Shown: positions 16,660-24,956, counted from the first letter of the stretch. The stretch: 45,346 nucleotides of DNA from an uncultured Clostridiaceae bacterium (GCA_964574195.1 CAZNMO010000009.1:1-45346); one strand, 5' to 3'. Made by a program: numbers and translations. The notes: generated from the letters alone by a model not told the origin.

Positions 16660-18312
16660 CTATAGGAAGTCAAAGTTGAACTCTTGTTTTGGCTGGTAAA
16701 TGCCTTTTATTTTCTCGACTCCAATAAGAGCGTAAACCAGACATGAACTCCAGTGGTCGTCGCCTATTCTGGTTGCAACCTGGTAAACTATGCCATTTTC
16801 CTCCTCGTCCATGATACGAACGTTCTTCATATGCTTTGTGAACACCATCAGGTCGTCGTCCATCTTCCACATTCCAATCCCTCTAGCCTTCACAGTGTGA
16901 AGCATACGTTGTACCTTCACTGTTTTATCCACGCTGATTAACCTTGAAGCGTCGTTCCAGCTATCTTGTGGCTTGGACTTCCCTTTGTAAGTATTGTATT
17001 GGCAAGCCCAAGTACGTCCAGGGAATAGCTGCATCAGGTATGTGTTACGGTCTGCCCCAAATCCAGCATCGGCTATGATTAAGTCTGGGTCATACGGTGT
17101 AATGCTAGCAGCGATAAGCCCCACGGGTTCTAATGGCTTCTGCGGGTTATCCTTGAACATGAACAAGTTTAGGAGGTCAACGTGACCGCCCTCTTTTATC
17201 CCCAAAACAACTACCCAGTTACGCACACCCCAGTCAATTCCCACTACAACTTTCTGGTAGTCCTGACGTGAGTGAATCCGTTTCTCGAAGCGTTGAGATG
17301 CCAAAATATCATCTTCTGTAATAACTAAACCTTCAGCTGCAAAAGGCTCTCCAACTACGTAGTTATAGAACAGTTGCTTGGATGTATAAGTCAGCTCGTT
17401 GCGTTTTACTCGGTCAGCGCTAATCCACACGGCATTCAACTGAGAAATGTGGTATCCCCTGATACCTGTTCGACTCGGATGCTTGGCCACCCATTCCCCA
17501 TTATACCATCTGTCTATTGGTTTGGAGCACTTAGCACAAACAAATCCAAATGTACCATCGGCTACCTCATTTGTAAGTAAGTCAACGCCGTCAGCTTTAT
17601 ACTGGAAAATGTTGTCCTCAACGTTCAAAATCTGCCATTCGTTACAAGCTTCACATTTATGCATATAGAATCGTTGGTCAGAGTTTCTGAACTGCGCATC
17701 CACTCCACGTCCTGGAATCGTTGGAGTTGACCAACGGCGTAACCAACCAAATTCTGAAGATTTCATGGACTCTTGGAACGCAAATTCAATGTTGTCCTGC
17801 ATTCGGTCATACTCGTCAAACGCTAGGAAGTCAATGTCCGCACCCTCACCCATAGCTCCGCCCCAAGCTGAACGGAACATCATGAAGCTGTCTCTGATAC
17901 GCTTTACTTCAATAGAATCCATCTTTGTGTCTAGGATAGACTTGAAGTATTCATTGCTTTCAAATACAGGATTCATACGAGTTTTAACAAAGTCGGTCAT
18001 TTGTCTCGCACGTGGGAACGTATACATCAGCTTTGTGTTATTGTGGAAATCGCTGAACCAGATGGCTTCCGCTACCCCCATCTCAGATAGTCCAAGCTGA
18101 CGGGACTTGCGGACAACCTTATCAGGGTGATGGTCGTCAACTATATCAACCTGCCAAGGACGGTGAGCACGTGCTCTCTTCTCATTCCTGTCAAGTATAG
18201 AGAACGTCAAAGGCTTGTTTCTAATTGTGTAGTGATTAAGTAAATACAGAGACGGCGTAGCTCTGACTATATAATCCATAAACTCTTTGCTATTTAAAGA
18301 CTCGTTAGTCAT
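16660..18312 (-). CDS. terL: terminase large subunit (GpA-like)
   Basis: P-loop-like KSRQLGLSE (compare lambda gpA KSARVGYS and T4 gp17 SRQLGKT) and Walker B DIDFLAFDEYD. Central Cys pairs CEACN..CAKCS, and a nuclease-like VVVGIDWG..IIADAGFG. Confidence 0.75.
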   Translation of the reverse strand: MTNESLNSKEFMDYIVRATPSLYLLNHYTIRNKPLTFSILDRNEKRARAHRPWQVDIVDDHHPDKVVRKSRQLGLSEMGVAEAIWFSDFHNNTKLMYTFPRARQMTDFVKTRMNPVFESNEYFKSILDTKMDSIEVKRIRDSFMMFRSAWGGAMGEGADIDFLAFDEYDRMQDNIEFAFQESMKSSEFGWLRRWSTPTIPGRGVDAQFRNSDQRFYMHKCEACNEWQILNVEDNIFQYKADGVDLLTNEVADGTFGFVCAKCSKPIDRWYNGEWVAKHPSRTGIRGYHISQLNAVWISADRVKRNELTYTSKQLFYNYVVGEPFAAEGLVITEDDILASQRFEKRIHSRQDYQKVVVGIDWGVRNWVVVLGIKEGGHVDLLNLFMFKDNPQKPLEPVGLIAASITPYDPDLIIADAGFGADRNTYLMQLFPGRTWACQYNTYKGKSKPQDSWNDASRLISVDKTVKVQRMLHTVKARGIGMWKMDDDLMVFTKHMKNVRIMDEEENGIVYQVATRIGDDHWSSCLVYALIGVEKIKGIYQPKQEFNFDFL

Positions 18313-18468
18313 ATCGTTTTCCTCCAGTTTTAAGACTCATAGCTTGTTCATATTTTCATTTAAATATCCTTTTCAATAAAATACCCAGAAAGAGAATTAA
18401 ATCAAAATACGTACATTCTAACCATTTATTTTTAATCAAGGATTTCTATGTTGAAATTCTCTAAATCG

Positions 18469-18568
18469 GTTTTATGGGCGTAGCTTTATTTACGTAGTAA
18501 ATAACTTTATGTTATTTGCATATTCATTAATATGTTTTATATACATATGTATTAATAAGTATTATATG
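18469..18568. repeat. ~100-bp AT-rich element, copy 2 (upstream of terL)
   Basis: See copy 1. Lies between terminator 18614-18648 and the terL start at 18312. Confidence 0.9.
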
Positions 18569-18613
18569 CATTTAATACGCACGTAAAAATTACCTGCCTC
18601 AAAGGGTCATTTA

Positions 18614-18648
18614 TGGAAAAAGCCACACGTATGGAGAACACGTGTGGC
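18614..18648 (-). terminator. rho-independent terminator
   Basis: GCCACACGT-loop-ACGTGTGGC followed by TTTTTCC. Confidence 0.7.
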
Positions 18649-18656
18649 AACCCTGT

Positions 18657-18899
18657 TTATACCAGGTCGTAACCATGCATTTCTGCGTACTTTAAAGCAC
18701 GTTGATGAGCAAGGTTTTTCTTCTGTTCAACAGTCAATTTCGGCTGATAGTTCTCCTCCACCTGACCGATGGCTTCAAAACCGTTCTCCAAGCGAATGAC
18801 GCATGTGTATAACTCGTTCTCAACATAGTAATCAGTATTGAACTTTGTTGTGACATGGTTGTCGCTTTTGATAGGTTGTACTTTGTCAACTCGTTCCAT
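18657..18899 (-). CDS. hypothetical protein
   Basis: ORF with GGAGGGGG SD. Terminator 18614-18648 lies downstream. Confidence 0.6.
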   Translation of the reverse strand: MERVDKVQPIKSDNHVTTKFNTDYYVENELYTCVIRLENGFEAIGQVEENYQPKLTVEQKKNLAHQRALKYAEMHGYDLV

Positions 18900-18952
18900 G
18901 GGTTACACCCCCTCCATTTATTCTCCTAATAATGTAGGCACTACTGTGGATT

Positions 18953-19420
18953 CTATTTATTATCAAAAATACCAACAGTGTTTCGGAATACCTGTGTAAG
19001 CTCCTCGGATATGTTGAACCGCTTCTGGTTTAATTCAATACTGTCATTGAAATCGCCATCAGCGTGACGCATACTCGCTGCTTTCCAGTCACAATACATT
19101 TCCACGATGTCCATAAGAGTCATACCCTGTATCCCGTTTGGATAATGTTCTGGGTGATGGCTGTTATTAGCGTAGTGGTGGTCTAACGCTACCTGCATGC
19201 CTTTTAAGTGTTCGAAGTATTCAGGTGAACCGTATGTCGTGCCGTTTAGTTTTGGTGTATACTCAGTGAAGATTTCAAGCTCAGGTGATTCAAGCTTACT
19301 CTTGTCGTGCTTTAAAGCTCGTTCAATCAAGTCTCGAATCATCGTATAAAGGTTCAACTGAACCTGCTCTATGTGCTTCTGAGTATCCTTAATACACATT
19401 TCCTGTGTATACTCTTCCAT
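18953..19420 (-). CDS. HD-like metal-binding protein (DUF5662-like)
   Basis: Motifs HDKSK, LDHHYANNSHHPEH and CDWKAA. ATG at 19418-19420. Confidence 0.5.
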   Translation of the reverse strand: MEEYTQEMCIKDTQKHIEQVQLNLYTMIRDLIERALKHDKSKLESPELEIFTEYTPKLNGTTYGSPEYFEHLKGMQVALDHHYANNSHHPEHYPNGIQGMTLMDIVEMYCDWKAASMRHADGDFNDSIELNQKRFNISEELTQVFRNTVGIFDNK

Positions 19421-19435
19421 CAAAACCGCTCCCCT

Positions 19436-19795
19436 CTAGTTTCCTTCATTTTGTTTGTTCATTTGCGCAGCCAACATAGCCTTGATTTTCTCGAACTCAT
19501 CAGTGCCAGCAATCGCTTGGAATTGTTCTTCCTGTACAACATCTGTTGTGACTTCAACTTTCTCAGTCGCTTCACCATTGACAAGTAGTCCCAATTTAAC
19601 TAGCTTCTCGAAGTCCCCAACGTTGTCGATTTTCACTTGGCCATTGTAAAGGCGGAAAATGAAGTCATCCACGCCCTTCTGAACGGCTGCTCCAACCTCG
19701 TTCTTCAGCTTCTCTGCTTTTGTAGCACCTTCTAGGTTCAACTGCTTCTTCAAGCGTCGCATAGATGTGCTAATGTATGGGTTTGGTTGAACCAT
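19436..19795 (-). CDS. hypothetical protein
   Basis: ORF with AGGAGGTGA SD. Confidence 0.6.
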   Translation of the reverse strand: MVQPNPYISTSMRRLKKQLNLEGATKAEKLKNEVGAAVQKGVDDFIFRLYNGQVKIDNVGDFEKLVKLGLLVNGEATEKVEVTTDVVQEEQFQAIAGTDEFEKIKAMLAAQMNKQNEGN

Positions 19796-19808
19796 ATGTT
19801 TTCACCTC

Positions 19809-19994
19809 CTAGTCAATATCACATTCGCTCTCGTCAAAACTCCAGTCCTCTTCAACACAGGTAGTGAGTTCAAACGGCACAACAGCCATATCCCAAAGGG
19901 TTAGCTGTTGCATCAAACGGATATATTTGTTTTTATCAATCTTTCCCCTTGCGTGTTTGACAGCAAGGATTTGGAAGTATGTGTCAATATTCAG
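19809..19994 (-). CDS. possible 61-aa protein with non-canonical start
   Basis: A frame open from the TAG at 20011-20013 to the TAG at 19809-19811 fills a gap. GGGAGGG SD is present, but only CTG or ATT lies at the right spacing. Confidence 0.25.
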   Translation of the reverse strand: MNIDTYFQILAVKHARGKIDKNKYIRLMQQLTLWDMAVVPFELTTCVEEDWSFDESECDID

Positions 19995-20034
19995 ATGAAT
20001 CCCTCCCGTCTAAATAAACCGCAAAGTTGTAAGT

Positions 20035-20193
20035 TTACCTCTTGAATAACATAATACGAATACAGATAAAACCAATGAATATGTCAGATATACTCGTGAT
20101 TGTAGCGCCTGATTCCTCGTCCAACATTTCCTCGTCTACAATCCCTATCCCAAACATGAACGTCAATGGCATTAACAAGACTTCAACTCTCAT
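20035..20193 (-). CDS. small membrane protein (52 aa)
   Basis: ATG at 20191-20193 after GAGGGA. This is the 3' half of track ORF 20035..20304, which I read as two genes. Confidence 0.5.
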   Translation of the reverse strand: MRVEVLLMPLTFMFGIGIVDEEMLDEESGATITSISDIFIGFICIRIMLFKR

Positions 20194-20344
20194 AATTTGT
20201 CCCTCGCTTTCGTAGCATCTTGACCAGTGAAGCTCTGTCATCGTTGTACTCGTCATAACTCTCCGCACAGCGCTCGCACCACTCTGGGAAATCCTCTGAA
20301 GCATATTTCTCCTTTCCGCACACCTGGCAAATTATCTTTTCCAT
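20183..20344 (-). CDS. small zinc-ribbon protein (53 aa), not in ORF track
   Basis: ATG at 20342-20344 after GGAGGGTGGG. Peptide is MEKIICQVCGKE..EWCERCAE. Its stop overlaps the next start. Confidence 0.55.
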   Translation of the reverse strand: MEKIICQVCGKEKYASEDFPEWCERCAESYDEYNDDRASLVKMLRKRGTNYES

Positions 20345-20408
20345 GTCCCACCCTCCAAGTTGAAGTCATTCAAGAATTACTAACAATATAGGAGAAACCA
20401 TGGAAACA

Positions 20409-20438
20409 TTAAAAAACCGCTCACAATCGTGAACGGTT
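20409..20438 (-). terminator. rho-independent terminator
   Basis: AACCGTTCAC-gatt-GTGAGCGGTT followed by TTTTTAATG. Confidence 0.7.
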
Positions 20439-20660
20439 CTTCTCATCATGCCTTTTCTCACATGTGTTACCTTGCCAGCAGAGTCTCAACTGAAGTCCCT
20501 CGGCGGTATAACCTATAATGTGTTGTTGTTGTTTTAGGTAGCCTGTTGTGTAGTCTAACTTGGTAAGCTCTTTCCCACAGTAAGCGCAGAAGTAATGGTC
20601 ATACACTTTGTGCTTCTTGGCTTTGCCAGTCCGCACTATGCCCATTCGTTCATATCTCAT
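20421..20660 (-). CDS. Cys-rich hypothetical protein
   Basis: Cys motifs CAYCGKEL..CWQGNTC. ATGA overlap with the thioredoxin stop. The terminator hairpin spans its own stop. Confidence 0.6.
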   Translation of the reverse strand: MRYERMGIVRTGKAKKHKVYDHYFCAYCGKELTKLDYTTGYLKQQQHIIGYTAEGLQLRLCWQGNTCEKRHDEKNRSRL

Positions 20661-20968
20661 GCTGGTAAGTGTGCTTTCAGCTTCTCAATCATCACTTCTG
20701 CTGGGTTGTACCCAATAAGGCGCTCAACTTCTTCCCCGTCTTTCAGGACAAGAATTTGTGGAACTTTCATTACATCGTAGGCGTCAGAGATTTCTGTGCC
20801 TTCCTCAATGTTGTAGTTCAGAACCTCGATACCAAGAGCAGCTTCCACTTCAGGAATCAAAGGATTCAACATCTTACATGGACCACAAGTGGTTGAATAG
20901 AACTTCACCACTTTGATTCCCTCCGTGCCTACCTCTGTGTTGAATGTGTCTTTCGTTACGTCTTTCAT
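20657..20968 (-). CDS. thioredoxin
   Basis: Active site FYSTTCGPCKML (CGPC) and a thioredoxin-fold length. ATG at 20966-20968 after GGGGGTG. Confidence 0.85.
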   Translation of the reverse strand: MKDVTKDTFNTEVGTEGIKVVKFYSTTCGPCKMLNPLIPEVEAALGIEVLNYNIEEGTEISDAYDVMKVPQILVLKDGEEVERLIGYNPAEVMIEKLKAHLPA

Positions 20969-21024
20969 TTGAACACCCCCGTATAAAGTTACAGTATACA
21001 AAATCCATAGTGGTTGGATTTCTT

Positions 21025-21363
21025 TTATAGTCTTGTAGTGCCTGCGTTAGGTGGTGGCGTGTCCCATTCTCTCCGCTTCTTCCAAATTGTTTCCACGTCT
21101 ACTTTGGTTGCGTCATGCGGATTCTCTACAACCTGTAATCCGTCGAAGTCGTACACTCTTCCCTCATCGTCCATAGCTATTGGCATAACACGTCTCTCCT
21201 CGCTCATTCTGTGTAGCATTTGGGCTATTTGATATTGCATAGCCGTTCTGTTTTGTTCGTTGTTATGTTTACCAATGTAGTGTCGCCCATGGTAGTTGGC
21301 TTCATCCAGGATTCCTTGCATAATAACCCGACTCTGTTCATCAATGTGGGTTGGTTTGTCCAT
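21025..21363 (-). CDS. hypothetical protein
   Basis: ORF with AGGAGGAG SD. Confidence 0.6.
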   Translation of the reverse strand: MDKPTHIDEQSRVIMQGILDEANYHGRHYIGKHNNEQNRTAMQYQIAQMLHRMSEERRVMPIAMDDEGRVYDFDGLQVVENPHDATKVDVETIWKKRREWDTPPPNAGTTRL

Positions 21364-21364
21364 G

Positions 21365-21856
21365 TTATTCTCCTCCTATTGGCCCAAGACATTCATGATA
21401 CAATCTAGCTCTTTCAAGAAGCTCTCTGTCCAGCATACTTGAATAAATCTTTTGGTCAACATCGGCTTTGAGTCTACCCTCTGAATACGCTTTGGCTTCA
21501 ACACAATATTTTATGATGTCCGTGCGTTGATTTGAAGTTAGAATGATGTCCAACTGTGGCTTTTTACGTTCTCTTTTCACAATTGTATCGTCCTTCTCGT
21601 CCTCTTCCTCTGCTGCTTTCTGTGCTGCCGCTGAAGCGTATGGATGCACTGGTAATGAGTTTTCCACAACCTTTTCATCGTTCGCATTAAACAGAACTTC
21701 AAACAGCTCTTTGTCGATTAAGCGCAGCGTGTTCCCGTGAGCCAACAGATAATCGCCTTTCTCCCCAGACATATTGTGTTTGCCTGTATTAAGATACGTG
21801 CTACTGCTCAACTCGAAAACGTCCACTTCAACCCCTGCAGCTGTGGTTAATCTCAT
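21365..21856 (-). CDS. hypothetical protein
   Basis: ORF with GGGAGGAA SD, downstream of motif 21905-21937. Confidence 0.6.
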   Translation of the reverse strand: MRLTTAAGVEVDVFELSSSTYLNTGKHNMSGEKGDYLLAHGNTLRLIDKELFEVLFNANDEKVVENSLPVHPYASAAAQKAAEEEDEKDDTIVKRERKKPQLDIILTSNQRTDIIKYCVEAKAYSEGRLKADVDQKIYSSMLDRELLERARLYHECLGPIGGE

Positions 21857-21904
21857 GTTGATTCCTCCCTAGATGTGGTTGTATAGCGTTGATTCTATAC
21901 AACA

Positions 21905-21937
21905 TAAATAAAGGAGCGAACCAAAAAGTTCACTCCT
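21905..21937 (-). promoter_or_regulatory. class-II motif AGGAGT-N19-TTTATTTA
   Basis: Minus strand reads AGGAGTGAACTT.... Confidence 0.45.
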
Positions 21938-21949
21938 CATTTCAGCATA

Positions 21950-22447
21950 TTAAGCTCTCGCAAGTCTCCATAGCACATCACGGTTCTTCTCCACTACCTC
22001 TTTGAGGTAGGCTTTTCGCCCAACTCTGTGTAGCGTGAGAATCTCATTTTTGTTCTCGTCCTCCGTATGGACAGTCACAAAGCCCTCCAAGTATTTCTTG
22101 TAATCAACATATTTGTCAGGCACCATAATCTCAGGAGCGTATGTGAGGAATCTGTACCATATTAAGTCCAGAAGTTTGTTCTGTTCATGGAACTCCTCTC
22201 TTGGCTCTGAAATAATGAGCGTTCCGTTGTCCTTCAGCAATCTCTTGAACTCTCCAAACAACAAAGGCAAGTCCGCTTCAGGTATGTGATGTATAACGTT
22301 TCTACAGTGGATAACATCGCAGGACTTGTCTTCCAAATCCAACACCCTGTAGTCCTTTATGAAGTAGTCGTACCCTGGAGCGCCACAGAAGTCTGAAGAC
22401 TTGAAGCCTTTCTTGGGCTTGCTCCCTGAACCGTAATCCAAGTTCAT
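21950..22447 (-). CDS. class I SAM-dependent methyltransferase (substrate unknown)
   Basis: LDYGSGSKP (motif I-like), DVIHCRNVIHHI and RLLKDNGTLIISEP (Methyltransf_11-like). Confidence 0.65.
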   Translation of the reverse strand: MNLDYGSGSKPKKGFKSSDFCGAPGYDYFIKDYRVLDLEDKSCDVIHCRNVIHHIPEADLPLLFGEFKRLLKDNGTLIISEPREEFHEQNKLLDLIWYRFLTYAPEIMVPDKYVDYKKYLEGFVTVHTEDENKNEILTLHRVGRKAYLKEVVEKNRDVLWRLARA

Positions 22448-22765
22448 TTACGCTTGCCCCTTTCTCGCTCTCAGTCTCTCTTCATCAGGCTTGCGTCTCT
22501 GACCCAGCTGCTTGACGTCTACGGCGTTTTTAATCTTTCCTAGTATAAAACTAAAGACAGACGATATTTCACCAGATTCAGTCATTTTACGAGCTTCTTG
22601 CAAGTCCGCTTCTGGAATGAAATAGTCATCCGCTGATAATCTGTAGTAGTCCATATGCCAAGACTGTCGCCCTCGTGTCGTCTCTGTAATATAGTGCGTG
22701 TCTGTTACGGCGATTAATCTGCCCTCAATTGCTTGTTTCATCATTTTCATCGTCATCCTTCCCAA
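22448..22765 (-). CDS. hypothetical protein
   Basis: Track ORF. The true start is probably one of the clustered ATGs at 22748-22756. Confidence 0.55.
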   Translation of the reverse strand: MGRMTMKMMKQAIEGRLIAVTDTHYITETTRGRQSWHMDYYRLSADDYFIPEADLQEARKMTESGEISSVFSFILGKIKNAVDVKQLGQRRKPDEERLRARKGQA

Positions 22766-22835
22766 ATTTAATACCAGTTACCATGGAAAACATAGTCATA
22801 ACAACAGCGAACATAACAGCAAGTTTAGCTCTCAT
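22725..22835 (-). CDS. small membrane peptide (36 aa), not in ORF track
   Basis: ATG at 22833-22835 after AGGAGGAG. Peptide is MRAKLAVMFAVVMTMFSMVTG. Confidence 0.4.
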   Translation of the reverse strand: MRAKLAVMFAVVMTMFSMVTGIKFGKDDDENDETSN

Positions 22836-22869
22836 ATGTGCTCCTCCTACCTTATACCCTTTATGTAAT

Positions 22870-22901
22870 AATAAAAGGAAGCCAACTGTAAGTTGACTCC
22901 C
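22870..22901 (-). promoter_or_regulatory. class-II variant GGGAGT-N19-TTTTATT
   Basis: Variant -10-like element. Confidence 0.35.
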
Positions 22902-22919
22902 TCTTTATGGAAAATTATT

Positions 22920-23135
22920 TTATTTTATTACCCTGTAATCGTCCTCACCGTGGACTAGTCCAAGTTTACTTCCAGTATCCCAGTCTACATGAAGCGTTCC
23001 CATGTCGTCTACGAAAGCCACAGTTCCTTTCGTTCCTGGTTTCAAATGTGTGTATGGGTCTTTCATTTCCACAAGCTCAACCCGTTTCCCTTCTAATGCT
23101 CTTAATGCCTCTACTACTGTGTGTCTGTTTTTCAT
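22920..23135 (-). CDS. DUF4314-like protein
   Basis: GTKGTVAFVDDMGTLHVDWDTGSKLGLVHGEDDY matches the DUF4314 pattern from memory. Start fixed by the conserved cassette RBS. Confidence 0.55.
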   Translation of the reverse strand: MKNRHTVVEALRALEGKRVELVEMKDPYTHLKPGTKGTVAFVDDMGTLHVDWDTGSKLGLVHGEDDYRVIK

Positions 23136-23190
23136 TTTTACCGCTCCTATTCTTCTTGGTATTTTGTAAGCGTTTCTCACTTACAAGTTA

Positions 23191-23219
23191 ATCATAACCG
23201 ATATGTGCACAACCGTCAA
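23191..23219 (-). promoter_or_regulatory. cassette promoter TTGACG-N17-TATGAT
   Basis: About 51 bp are identical to the copy at 34525-34575. Confidence 0.7.
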
Positions 23220-23242
23220 CTGTTTTTATGAAACTTTTTCAC

Positions 23243-23270
23243 AAAAAGAAAAGCCAGCCAAACGGCTGAC
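23243..23270 (-). terminator. rho-independent terminator
   Basis: GTCAGCC-gttt-GGCTGGC followed by TTTTCTTTTTG. Confidence 0.65.
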
Positions 23271-24071
23271 TCACACAGTCCTTCCAAAGTATGTTCTAAC
23301 GTCTCTAATATGTTCTGGTAAAATAAGGACTTCTTTTTCACCACGAGCATCAAGATATGTTATAATTTTGTCCACGTAAACCTCCGCTTCATGTAACTTT
23401 CCATAGTCCGCAAACCTTGAAGCAAAGAATTGTGCCTTTTCTTTGTCTAACGTCCAAGAATACGCTTTATCCAAAGGAGAACTTTTGCTCTGAGTACCTC
23501 GGTACACAGTCACGTAGTTCTCTGTGTCAGGGAATCGGTATCTAAACGGCTTCCATTCAGCGTCCTTGAATCTTGTCTCGAATACCTTTCGCATAAAATC
23601 TGGGTCTTGGTCGGCAAAACCATACTCACCCATCACATAAACTTCCTCGAATATAGAGAACTTCTCATTGTCTGGAATCAAATCAAACAACTCTCGGTAC
23701 AATCGGAATCGCACACGCTTGTCTTGTAAACAGATAAATGAGTCATAATCTCTGTCCTCCAACATACGTCCAAAGCGCTCCCTTTGTCTCTTGAAGGATT
23801 CAATTTCATGTTGGAATATCATGTTGTCTGGGTCGGCTTGCGTCAACCCCATAATGTTGAAAGCGTAGAAAACCAAATCTTTGTAGTACACAAGTGGGTT
23901 TATTATAGAACCTTGGTTCAGATAGAATCCGTCTGGGTCAGCTTCCAGTAGCTCGCAGACCTCATCAAAGTTGTCTGGTCGTAGCTCTGGGTGTTCTCCC
24001 AGGTTCTGAAGCTTATCAAAGTCTAGCTCCCCGTGTAAATCCTGGAATATTTGGTTTGTAAAGTTGCTCAA
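23271..24071 (-). CDS. putative ADP-ribosyltransferase (R-S-ExE type C-terminal domain)
   Basis: C-terminal triad VTVYRG ... YSWT ... GEKEVLILP (compare VIP2 EKEILL and iota GEYEVLL). TTG start after the cassette RBS AAAAGGAGAGGTTAAA. Confidence 0.45.
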   Translation of the reverse strand: MSNFTNQIFQDLHGELDFDKLQNLGEHPELRPDNFDEVCELLEADPDGFYLNQGSIINPLVYYKDLVFYAFNIMGLTQADPDNMIFQHEIESFKRQRERFGRMLEDRDYDSFICLQDKRVRFRLYRELFDLIPDNEKFSIFEEVYVMGEYGFADQDPDFMRKVFETRFKDAEWKPFRYRFPDTENYVTVYRGTQSKSSPLDKAYSWTLDKEKAQFFASRFADYGKLHEAEVYVDKIITYLDARGEKEVLILPEHIRDVRTYFGRTV

Positions 24072-24112
24072 TTTAACCTCTCCTTTTGTTCTCAGTTGGT
24101 CTTACAAGAACA

Positions 24113-24141
24113 ATCATATAATAAATGGAGACAACCGTCAA
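24113..24141 (-). promoter_or_regulatory. cassette promoter TTGACG-N17-TATGAT
   Basis: Near-identical to the 24923-24951 copy. Drives the ART-like gene. Confidence 0.7.
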
Positions 24142-24204
24142 GTGTTTTCTTCAAAATAAAAAGGAACGGTTTTCACCGCTCCTTCTTGTTTTATATTGTC
24201 GCCA

Positions 24205-24378
24205 CTAGGCGTTCTTGTAACTGGACTCAGATGTTCTAGTGCTTTCTTGACGAGATAATAACCCACGCTGTTCTCTCTCTGTCGGTTCTTTCTGTTCCTC
24301 AATGAAGTTCACTGCGTGAAAAGTTATTACACTCAAGATAAAGATTCCAGATACGATACCAAAAATCATCGCTGCCAT
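24205..24378 (-). CDS. small membrane protein (57 aa), not in ORF track
   Basis: ATG at 24376-24378 after GGGAGGTAA. Has an N-terminal TM. Own promoter at 24458-24486. Confidence 0.5.
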   Translation of the reverse strand: MAAMIFGIVSGIFILSVITFHAVNFIEEQKEPTEREQRGLLSRQESTRTSESSYKNA

Positions 24379-24457
24379 GTTATTACCTCCCGTTTTTATT
24401 GTGATAATTTTGTTTCCTATATCTCGCTAGAAAGTAAAATACTTCCTTACAATACAT

Positions 24458-24486
24458 AGCATAAACTATCTCAATGCAACAGGCAA
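24458..24486 (-). promoter_or_regulatory. sigma-A-type promoter TTGCCT-N17-TATGCT
   Basis: -35 at 24481-24486 followed by GTTG, and -10 at 24458-24463. Confidence 0.45.
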
Positions 24487-24511
24487 GCTTTTTCTCTTAA
24501 AATTTTGAAAC

Positions 24512-24545
24512 AAAATAAAAAGAAGGAGCTTTTACAAGCTCCTTC
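24512..24545 (-). terminator. rho-independent terminator
   Basis: GAAGGAGCTT-gtaa-AAGCTCCTTC followed by TTTTTATTTTG. Confidence 0.75.
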
Positions 24546-24547
24546 CA

Positions 24548-24871
24548 TTATTCTCCCAAGCCTTTTATCATCCAATCTTTTTCATACCATTCTCTATCGG
24601 CTTTTATAATGTTGTATCCTAACTCGTTTATTCTATCCTCAATTATGTGAATGTAGTCGCTCTCCAGAACTTCCTTCACTTCCGTCGGCAGAATCTCTCG
24701 ACTAAAGAAAATATGCTCCATAGCTTCAAATCCGTGCTTGAAACCCGTTTCCCAAAGTCGTCCGTATACTCCAAGCCCTCTCTCGTGGACTAACTCAAAC
24801 CCCTCGCCCACATTCTCGTTCTGTAAAGTCAACCAAAACCCACTTACTGCTACAATCGTTTTCTTTCCCAT
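24548..24871 (-). CDS. hypothetical protein
   Basis: Cassette promoter 24923-24951 upstream and terminator 24512-24545 downstream. Confidence 0.65.
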   Translation of the reverse strand: MGKKTIVAVSGFWLTLQNENVGEGFELVHERGLGVYGRLWETGFKHGFEAMEHIFFSREILPTEVKEVLESDYIHIIEDRINELGYNIIKADREWYEKDWMIKGLGE

Positions 24872-24922
24872 TTTAACCTCTCCTATTCACTCGGTAGTGT
24901 GTAAGATTCCCTTACAAGAACA

Positions 24923-24951
24923 ATCATATAATAAATGTTCACAACCGTCAA
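24923..24951 (-). promoter_or_regulatory. cassette promoter TTGACG-N17-TATGAT
   Basis: -35 at 24946-24951 and -10 at 24923-24928. Confidence 0.7.
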
Positions 24952-24956
24952 GTGTT

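Noticed and set aside
24154-24183. AGGAGC-N17-TTTATTT (also 24512-24545 and 12161-12192) as further class-II promoters
   Set aside because: Here the AGGAG is simply the 5' arm and TTTATTT the T-run of an ordinary terminator. The half-site differs (C in place of T) and the spacing is 17. These cannot be told apart from plain terminators.
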